64,000 bases of DNA. Source: an uncultured virus (IMG/VR IMGVR_UViG_3300020048_000034). Lineage: Duplodnaviria > Heunggongvirae > Uroviricota > Caudoviricetes. The translations under genes were made by a program, and so were the position numbers. Under the pieces are notes generated by a model, which saw only the letters and a program-made list of their open reading frames with translations, was not told the DNA's origin and searched no databases. Shown here one piece after another: positions 33,277 through 40,292 of the stretch (positions within the stretch are counted from its first letter, which is position 1; the number at the start of each line of letters is the position of its first letter). Where the stretch lies: the IMG/VR virus record IMGVR_UViG_3300020048_000034; one strand, written 5' to 3'.

Positions 33277-33432
33277 ATGAAAAATCAGATCATTATGACA
33301 ATCGAAAATTACATCTTTTCTTTCAAAATGTTCTGGAATCGGATGTACTTTCGTTTCCATCCGAATCATTCCAGCATGAAAGTCAAATACCTGAAAGTCC
33401 CATTACTGGGATGGATAGGGTATCACAAATAA
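33277..33432 (+). CDS. 51-aa hypothetical protein
   Basis: AAGGAG RBS, own promoter and terminator; MKNQIIMTIENYIFSFKMFW...GWIGYHK; not in ORF track. Confidence 0.6.
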   Translation: MKNQIIMTIENYIFSFKMFWNRMYFRFHPNHSSMKVKYLKVPLLGWIGYHK

Positions 33433-33450
33433 CATCTTTTCGTAGAAAAA

Positions 33451-33482
33451 GACCCTGGCTTCGGCTAGGGTCTTTTTTTTTG
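33451..33482 (+). terminator. cUUCGg terminator copy 2
   Basis: GACCCTGGCTTCGGCTAGGGTC plus T-run. Confidence 0.9.
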
Positions 33483-33685
33483 GCTCAAAATTCTCCATTT
33501 TCCATCAGGAAATCGACACACAAAATTCCATCTTTTTCCAACGCCCACAGCCTCTTTTTCCCACACAAAACTGCCTCTTTCCCCACCCCTGCCACAGCCT
33601 CTTTTTCACACAGGAAATCGACACACAAAATTTCATCTTTTTACTTTAAACAAGATCTAATTAAAAAATGAAATTTTGCCATAAT

Positions 33686-33714
33686 TTGACATCTTTTTCA
33701 ATTCGTGGTATAAT
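33686..33714 (+). promoter_or_regulatory. sigma70-type early promoter
   Basis: TTGACATCTTTTTCAATTCGTGGTATAAT. Confidence 0.85.
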
Positions 33715-33781
33715 CAATAAAAGTAGTTTTTGCAATGGGCAAATATTTTTCAGGAAATCGACACAACAAAAGGAGATAAAA

Positions 33782-34048
33782 ATGGGTATTGCATCTTATA
33801 ATGCAAAAGAGGCAAAAGTCGGGGATCGACTCATAATTGAATCCCTAAATGGCGGATTTGTTAAAGTAACAGTAGATGCTGAATATGAAACATCTAGAAC
33901 AGGACAGGGATGGATAGGGATATGGGAAAATAGCGAAGAATCACTTCCTTATGGATGGATAAAGGCGGAAAGAATTGTAGGAAGAGCAACGCAAGAGGAT
34001 TGTATTGAAAAAATTCCATCCAATAAGTTATATCTCCATTTAGAATAA
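33782..34048 (+). CDS. stand-alone Tudor/SH3-like repeat-family protein
   Basis: AKVGDRLII...TVD...GWIK.E.IVGRAT.....IP..KL..HL; close paralog of the second domain of 32009. Confidence 0.75.
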   Translation: MGIASYNAKEAKVGDRLIIESLNGGFVKVTVDAEYETSRTGQGWIGIWENSEESLPYGWIKAERIVGRATQEDCIEKIPSNKLYLHLE

Positions 34049-34063
34049 AACATCATAGAAAAA

Positions 34064-34091
34064 GACCCTGACTTCGGCTGGGGTCTTTTTT
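34064..34091 (+). terminator. cUUCGg terminator copy 3
   Basis: GACCCTGACTTCGGCTGGGGTC plus T-run. Confidence 0.85.
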
Positions 34092-34224
34092 GGTCAAAAT
34101 TCTCCGTTTTCCAACAGAAAATCGACACCGGCATAAAAAACACCTCTTTTTCCAGCATGAACCCTCCATTTTTCAAATTCCATCTTTTTCCATCAGAAAA
34201 TCGACACAACAAAAGGAGATTAAA

Positions 34225-34464
34225 ATGATAAGATCATTATCGTATGGAGTATTTAATCCTTCTATAGAAGCAATGAGGCTGAGAAGCAAAAAATATGTAG
34301 AGGATCCAGTAAACATTGACCCTTGGTCATGGAAACTGGAAATAGATAAATCTGCTCCAGCAGAAGCTATAAAAGAGTGCTTATTTAAGCTAGCTGTAAA
34401 ACAAGAAAAGGAGGGCAATTATTCTTTTTCTGAGGAGTTACTTAATCTAGCGCTTAAATATTAA
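34225..34464 (+). CDS. hypothetical protein
   Basis: Leader ATCGACACAACAAAAGGAGAT identical to that of 33782. Confidence 0.65.
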   Translation: MIRSLSYGVFNPSIEAMRLRSKKYVEDPVNIDPWSWKLEIDKSAPAEAIKECLFKLAVKQEKEGNYSFSEELLNLALKY

Positions 34465-34470
34465 TAATTA

Positions 34471-34499
34471 GACCCTGGCTTCGGCTAGGGTCTTTTTTT
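34471..34499 (+). terminator. cUUCGg terminator copy 4
   Basis: GACCCTGGCTTCGGCTAGGGTC plus T-run. Confidence 0.9.
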
Positions 34500-34617
34500 G
34501 GCTCAAAATTCTTCATTAATCCATTTTTCAAATTGTACAAATGCCAATTTCAGTTTAATAATGAAAAATTTTAGGAAATCGACAAGAAAATAATTCTTAA
34601 ATAAGAAAGGATGGAAA

Positions 34618-35814
34618 ATGAGTAATATAGGATCAAGGTTAATTGTAAAGTATCCTAACACTAATTATTTTTTAAGTGGATCAGTTGTTAGCACAAAAAA
34701 TAATAAAGTCACTATATTATGTGATAAAGGATGCACATTAAAGTTAAATAAAAACAGTAAACATATCTTTGGAAATGGGACATCTAAAAAACATTACAAA
34801 ATTCTTAGTGCTATTGAGGCAACAGAGGAAGTAATTAAAAGATTAAAACCCCATCTTGGCGATCCAGTCATTAAAAATAAATATGTAGTAAAAGATCGTG
34901 TTGTAGTAATACTTGATGGAAAATTATTTATTGCAACAATTTCAAAAGTCAATGGAAAAATTTATACTTTATCCTGGGATAACCCCAAATATCCAGATCA
35001 TGATATTAATTATGAACAGATAGTAGGATTAGGTACTAATAAAACAAGAACACAAAAAATTCCAGAAAGGTTATTAAAAGAGTATTTAGTTCAGGGTGCT
35101 AAGAAAAGTTCTAATACTATACATAATCCTGTAGAAGAAGATGAAATTACTTCAGATGTGGATGAAGATAATGAAAAACATGAACAAGCAGAAAAAGTGA
35201 AAATTGAAGAACCTAAATTAAAAAGTCCTGAAAATAAAAGAAAACGAGAAGCTAGGATAAAAGAATTAAAAAAAGAATTAGAGAAAACAATTAGGTTCCT
35301 AAATACTTTAAATGAAGAATTAACTGCCTTATTGGAAGAACAGGATGAAGAAGAAAAACAAGAAGCAATAAAAGAAGAAAAACAAGAAACAATAAAGGAA
35401 GAAGTTAAGAAGAAAGTTCCTAAAGTTAAAAAACCAAAACAGGAAAAGTTAAAAAATAAGGAAGAAGATCTTCCTGAAGAAAGTAATGATGACGTAGATG
35501 CATTATCAGATGATGAATTAGATGCACTATTATCAAAAGCAAGAGGTGGTGGTACAACTGAGGAGGAAAATAAAGTAGAAGAAACAGTAAAGGAAAATAT
35601 AATAAAAAATGTAATTAAAGAAAATAAAGTAGAAGAAAATGCAACTAAAGGAAATAAAAGAAAAAAGATGAGTAGGTATAATAAGAATAAATTAAATTCT
35701 GAAAGTACTTCAGTAAAGGAACCATTTAAACTTAGTGATCTCACTAAAAGTAGAAGTGCTCAAATTCCTAAAGTAACTAAAGAAGATGAAGATGAATTAG
35801 GTGATAGCGAATAA
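34618..35814 (+). CDS. double Tudor/SH3-like domain protein with coiled coil and long E/K-rich disordered tail
   Basis: IGSRLIV..YFLSGSV..IFG and YVVKDRVVV..FIATI..WD..QIVG..KIPERLLKEYL. Confidence 0.75.
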   Translation: MSNIGSRLIVKYPNTNYFLSGSVVSTKNNKVTILCDKGCTLKLNKNSKHIFGNGTSKKHYKILSAIEATEEVIKRLKPHLGDPVIKNKYVVKDRVVVILDGKLFIATISKVNGKIYTLSWDNPKYPDHDINYEQIVGLGTNKTRTQKIPERLLKEYLVQGAKKSSNTIHNPVEEDEITSDVDEDNEKHEQAEKVKIEEPKLKSPENKRKREARIKELKKELEKTIRFLNTLNEELTALLEEQDEEEKQEAIKEEKQETIKEEVKKKVPKVKKPKQEKLKNKEEDLPEESNDDVDALSDDELDALLSKARGGGTTEEENKVEETVKENIIKNVIKENKVEENATKGNKRKKMSRYNKNKLNSESTSVKEPFKLSDLTKSRSAQIPKVTKEDEDELGDSE

Positions 35815-35880
35815 TTCAAAGGTGATGAGACATTAACGTGTCTTATCACCTTTTTTATTTTATTTTTAAAATTTCATCCA

Positions 35881-35995
35881 TTTTAAAAAATTCAAATTTT
35901 AGAAAAAAATCGTTTATCAAAAGTAAGGAAAATTTCTAAAGTTTAAAATTTTAAAAAATTCAAATTTTAGAAAAAAATCGTTTATCAAAAGTAAG
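35881..35995. repeat. 47-bp direct repeat x2
   Basis: TTTTAAAAAATTCAAATTTTAGAAAAAAATCGTTTATCAAAAGTAAG at 35881 and 35949. Confidence 0.85.
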
Positions 35996-36005
35996 CGAAA
36001 TTCAC

Positions 36006-36034
36006 TTGACAAATTTTAAAAAGTATGTTAAAGT
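36006..36034 (+). promoter_or_regulatory. sigma70-type promoter
   Basis: TTGACA-N17-TAAAGT with TG extension. Confidence 0.6.
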
Positions 36035-36169
36035 ATTTTTTAAACTTGTGAATGTTTTAAAAGTTTTTTGTTTTCCTTTAAAAACAGAAAGGAGGAATCA
36101 AGAGACAGATAGTAAGATGTAGTTGGTATATTATTTTTAATCAATTTAATTAAAAAGGAGTTTTACAAA

Positions 36170-36901
36170 ATGGCTAAAAAATCTGTTAAAATGACTGGTA
36201 TGGTTATTGTTAATTCTACTATTACTCCTACGGTTAGTGGAACAATTCTTAAAGCTGATGATAATTTCCTTACTATGCGTATTCGACGTAAAGGGTCTTC
36301 TAAACATGAAGTAAAGATCTTTCGTAAAGAAGATGTTGTAACTATTTGGGCTGAGGAAGGTACTAGCTTTAATAGTGTTAGTGGTCAAGCTGATGTTTGT
36401 TTGAAGCCGGAAGTTGCAAAGCTTGATGGCTATAAGGGTAATTTGTCTGTAACTGAAGATGGGTGGTTTGCCTGTAAAAATGAAGATGAGGAAAGAATTT
36501 ATCTTACAAATCCTGCATATACTAAATTTATTGCTGATGATACAGAAGAAGAAGAGGAAGCACCAAAGAAAAAGAAAAAAGTAGATGACGATGAAGATGA
36601 AGCACCGAAGAAAAAGAAGAAAAAAGTAGATGATGATGACGAAGACGAAAAACCGAAGAAGAAAAAGAAACCTGCTGACGATGACGAAGATGAAGCTCCT
36701 AAGAAAAAGAAAAAACCAGCAGATGATGATGACGATGAAGATGAAGCACCTAAGAAGAAAAAGAAACCTGCTGACGATGATGACGAAGACGAAAAACCAA
36801 AGAAAAAGAAAAAACCAGCAGATGATGATGATGACGAAGATGAAAAACCGAAGAAGAAAAAGAAAAAAGACGATGATGACGATGAAAATTGGGATGACTA
36901 A
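36170..36901 (+). CDS. beta-rich domain plus long alternating K5/D-E block repeats
   Basis: AAGGAG RBS; seven (A/K)PKKKKK...DDDEDE units; ends ENWDD. Confidence 0.8.
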   Translation: MAKKSVKMTGMVIVNSTITPTVSGTILKADDNFLTMRIRRKGSSKHEVKIFRKEDVVTIWAEEGTSFNSVSGQADVCLKPEVAKLDGYKGNLSVTEDGWFACKNEDEERIYLTNPAYTKFIADDTEEEEEAPKKKKKVDDDEDEAPKKKKKKVDDDDEDEKPKKKKKPADDDEDEAPKKKKKPADDDDDEDEAPKKKKKPADDDDEDEKPKKKKKPADDDDDEDEKPKKKKKKDDDDDENWDD

Positions 36902-36969
36902 TATATAGTTTGAAAAATGCCAAAGTTTTAAAATGCTTTGGCATTTTTTCTTCACGAAGGATCTTATCT

Positions 36970-37470
36970 ATGTTTAAGAAAATTACTAAACGCAAGATCT
37001 TCAATCCTAAAAAAACTATATTTCAAAGACCTAAAAGTAATCCATTTAAAGTAATTTCATCTAGAATAAATGGAGTTGATGTGACTATAAATTCTATAAC
37101 AAAGGAGATAGAACCAATGGAAGAAAACGTAGAAAAATCAGAAATCAGAATCCTTTATAAAAAATGTTTAACTTGTAATTTTATAGTTCCTTGGGAAGAT
37201 TCTATCAATGAATGTGCTGATGATCCTGAATGTCCTAGCAATAGATTTTCTTTTGTAAAAGGACGTGATCCAGAAAGATTAATTCAAGATATGTCTGAGA
37301 AGTTTGCTGAATGTTTAGTAAATGGGGAAAAAGAAAATTTTATGGAACATCTTAAGCGAATGATTAAAGATAAAGCACTTAGAGATTATGTCTTTGATGT
37401 ATTTGCTTTGAGTATTGAAAAAGTAGAGGAGAAATCTTTAGAGAAAAGCGTAAATGAACCACCAATCTGA
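36970..37470 (+). CDS. hypothetical protein with CxxC...C....CP cluster
   Basis: RBS before ATG 36970. Confidence 0.6.
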   Translation: MFKKITKRKIFNPKKTIFQRPKSNPFKVISSRINGVDVTINSITKEIEPMEENVEKSEIRILYKKCLTCNFIVPWEDSINECADDPECPSNRFSFVKGRDPERLIQDMSEKFAECLVNGEKENFMEHLKRMIKDKALRDYVFDVFALSIEKVEEKSLEKSVNEPPI

Positions 37471-37499
37471 AAAATCCATTCTATGAAAAGGATTTTTAA

Positions 37500-38687
37500 A
37501 TGCCTAATATAATAGATGCTTTATCTAAACTGGAAAATGATCTGAAGAAAAGTCTCTCCTTAAATGAAAAAATGAAAGTTTTAACCTCGTTTAAAGACCA
37601 AGAAATATTAGGTTTTTTAGTAACATATAGGTATAATGGTAATAATTTTAAAGATACAACAATTAAACGTAAAAAAGCATTATCTGGAGATAAAAAAGAA
37701 TGGTATAATTACCCATTACCTACTGAGAAGATCAAAGGAACTTTCAAAAGATTTTGCTATTTACGAAGAATATTAGAGAAAGATGAATTAAGTGTAACTG
37801 AAAAATTTGAAAAATTAAAAGCCCATTGTTATCGAGAAGAATGGGCTCTTTACAGAAAAATCATTAATAAACAGTTCTTAAAAGAAACAATATATGGCAA
37901 TGAAACAATTGACTTAATTCCTGCTGTATTACTTAAAAAATTATTCAATATAGGTAATGTGTATTCATTAGGGTTTATGAGATGTGATGAAGGTAAACCT
38001 GTTTTTCCATGTCTTATAGAACCTAAAATACCTGGAGTTAGAGTCAAGATAGTTATTTCTCACAACTTAACTATGAGAGCATTTACAGTATATAATGGGT
38101 CAGTATTGGAAATTACTCAATATTTTCAAAAATTTAACATTACTGAACCATTAGAGTTAGATGGTATAATTAGACCAGTTAAATTTGGAACAGATTCTCA
38201 AGAGAATTTAGTAAATGGTTTAATACCAAATTTTTATGTTTTTGATTGTCATAATGAAGAAAAAATGTATTTATCCGATAGAAAGAAATTATTATTAAAA
38301 ATAGCTTCTATTGAACCATCCATCACTCTAATACCTTATATCACTGTTTATGATATGAAACAAGCAATACAATTTAAAAATAATTGTATTGGAAAAGGGT
38401 ATAGAGGGGCTATTTTAAAGCAGGGTACATCTTTTTATTGGAAACATCACAGTAACAAATGGATTGATATTTCTGATAAAGAGCTAATAACGTGTAAAAT
38501 AATAGCTGTTATTGGGGATAAAATTTGTAATTCAATCATAGTAATGAGAAATGGTGTAGAGTCAGTTGCTAGTGTTAAAGAGACACACCAAAGTCTATTA
38601 TGGAAACAAAGGCATACTATTCTAGGAAAATATTGTTGTGTTGATGAAGAAGGCTGTTTTGTAAAATTCAATCCCAACAAATCTTAA
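37500..38687 (+). CDS. ATP-dependent DNA ligase-like protein with degenerate motifs
   Basis: EPKIPGVR (motif I), ELDGII (III), FYVFD (IIIa), GYRGAILK (IV), KWIDI (V) in ligase order, plus a short OB-like tail. Confidence 0.7.
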   Translation: MPNIIDALSKLENDLKKSLSLNEKMKVLTSFKDQEILGFLVTYRYNGNNFKDTTIKRKKALSGDKKEWYNYPLPTEKIKGTFKRFCYLRRILEKDELSVTEKFEKLKAHCYREEWALYRKIINKQFLKETIYGNETIDLIPAVLLKKLFNIGNVYSLGFMRCDEGKPVFPCLIEPKIPGVRVKIVISHNLTMRAFTVYNGSVLEITQYFQKFNITEPLELDGIIRPVKFGTDSQENLVNGLIPNFYVFDCHNEEKMYLSDRKKLLLKIASIEPSITLIPYITVYDMKQAIQFKNNCIGKGYRGAILKQGTSFYWKHHSNKWIDISDKELITCKIIAVIGDKICNSIIVMRNGVESVASVKETHQSLLWKQRHTILGKYCCVDEEGCFVKFNPNKS

Positions 38688-38709
38688 CTAGAGAACCCAG
38701 GAGGAAGTA

Positions 38710-40123
38710 ATGACACCCTTAAATGAAAAAGAACATACTTTAATAAATACTGATCTAACTGATAATACTTCTCCTTCATTTTCTGTAGTGGATTTTGATT
38801 CTGACTCAGAAAATAACTTAAAAGTATATAAAGAACGATGTGAAGAGACATTTGCTGAATTAAAAAAAGAATATCCTAAGTATAACAATATTTGGGAAGT
38901 ATATCAAGCAAATGAACTTTATTTTAAAGAAGTACGAATAAGAGTAACTTTTCCCATGAGGAAAGTTTCATCATTTATTGTAATGAAGCAAATAGTATTA
39001 TCCTTTAAACTAGGAGAATCTAAATATAGTACCTATAAATTATATCTCCAAACGCTTCTAAGAACAAATAATCCTGATAAATTAGATATAAAAAATAGAG
39101 TTATTTGGTCAAAAGAGGGAAGATTTATCACTGATAAAGATACTCAAGTTGATCCAGATATCATGGGGATACTGTTCAAATTAAGTGATATATTTTCCAT
39201 GAATACTAAATCTATTATTGATTTACCTTTTCCGTTTCTTTCTTAATTAAGAGTGATATATAGATTCTTAATTCCTAAAAAAGTTGGTAGCAGAAGCAAA
39301 AATTAATACTAGCGCTAGTATTAATGGAAACACAGATGCACGGATATAGCTCTTATTCGTAGACATAATGAAAGTGTTCCGAGCAAACATTTTTCAAAAT
39401 GGCAAACCAATTAGTATTTATTACTGATGGGATGCAGTCTTGTAGTGTATCGAATCACTACCCAACTTTCTACTTTAATAATTTTTTAGAAAGAAAAGGA
39501 GACAGACATGAGATGACAAAGATACAAAAGTATGTACAGATGCTTAGAAAGTGTTTAGAAGTTTTTAGAAAAAATAATGATCTAAAACTTCTAGAAAAGA
39601 ACTTAGAAATGGCAATTAATGTTTTTAAAAAGTAATCTTCCATATTCTCCAAAATAGGAAGGAAAGAAAGGAAGTAAAAAGATGGCTATTAACATTGAAA
39701 AATTAGAAAACAAATTGGATGAGGAAGTCTATGAATGGCTAACAAACATTGCCAACATGGATAGAAAAGAACAAGCTTCTGTCTTTACAGCACTATATGT
39801 ACTCATGGATAATGCTCTTGAACAAAGAGAGAAATTAGATGAAATGAGTGAAGTGTTAGATATGTTTTGTGGCGATGAGGAAGATACTGAAGAAGAAGAT
39901 GATGAGGATGAAGATTAAATAGAAAGGAAGAAAGATGCCGTCACTACTTGAACAAATGGCTAGTAAAGTGAATCAACTATCAGAGCAGATTACATTGGAA
40001 CATGTAGATTTCAATGGAATAACAAATTATGAAGATGAGTTTATTTGTGATGTAACTGGTCAAACAATTAAGACAGGAAAGTATTATTCTGTTACTGTTA
40101 CCATGCTCTTTCCAATTGAATAA
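38710..40123 (+). CDS. hypothetical ORFs 38710..39246, 39513..39635, 39682..39918, 39935..40123
   Basis: RBS plus ORF. Confidence 0.55.
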
Positions 40124-40132
40124 TTAAAAAAT

Positions 40133-40282
40133 TAAAAAGCTATTTTCCTGAAAATGGAAAGTAGCTTTTTTTATTTCAGAAAATCGACACATATTTTAAA
40201 ATATAGATTTTAAGAATTTTGTATTAAAAAGAAAAGGCTACTCCTTTATCTAGAAATAGATAGAAGAGTAGCCTTTTTTGTT
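40133..40282. terminator. pair of hairpin terminators at the convergence of the + and - strand blocks
   Basis: AAAAGCTATTTTCC..GGAAAGTAGCTTTT and AAAAGGCTACTC..GAGTAGCCTTTT; last CAGAAAATCGAC copy (40177) lies between them. Confidence 0.8.
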
Positions 40283-40292
40283 TATTTAAAAA

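Larger units (their letters stand above)
31575..34583 (+). repeat. cluster of 14 co-oriented (C)AG[G/A]AAATCGAC motifs in pyrimidine-rich spacers
   Basis: Copies at 31575, 31693, 31849, 32349 (coding), 32928, 32963, 33037, 33244, 33506, 33611, 33751, 34115, 34194, 34573. Confidence 0.9.

Noticed and set aside
32928..33622. CsrB/RsmZ-like GGA sponge RNA (CAGGA repeats)
   Set aside because: About half the motif copies read AGAAAATC with no GGA, some are reversed or upstream of -35 boxes, and the spacers lie downstream of terminators.
33213..33781. ORF-track calls 33213..33671, 31669..31884 and the N-terminal extensions of 33668, 34090, 22417, 12558, 25431
   Set aside because: They run through promoters, terminators and repeat spacers; RBS-supported starts lie downstream or in other frames.
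32870..34617. Possible CRISPR or mini-CRISPR array
   Set aside because: Repeats are 12-bp motifs or terminators at irregular spacing, separated by low-complexity tracts or whole genes; no constant-length unique spacers and no cas genes.
35091..37004. Long minus-strand ORFs (35091..35744, 36146..36955) resembling membrane proteins
   Set aside because: Antisense shadows of K/E/D-repeat genes; no RBS and opposite to local transcription.
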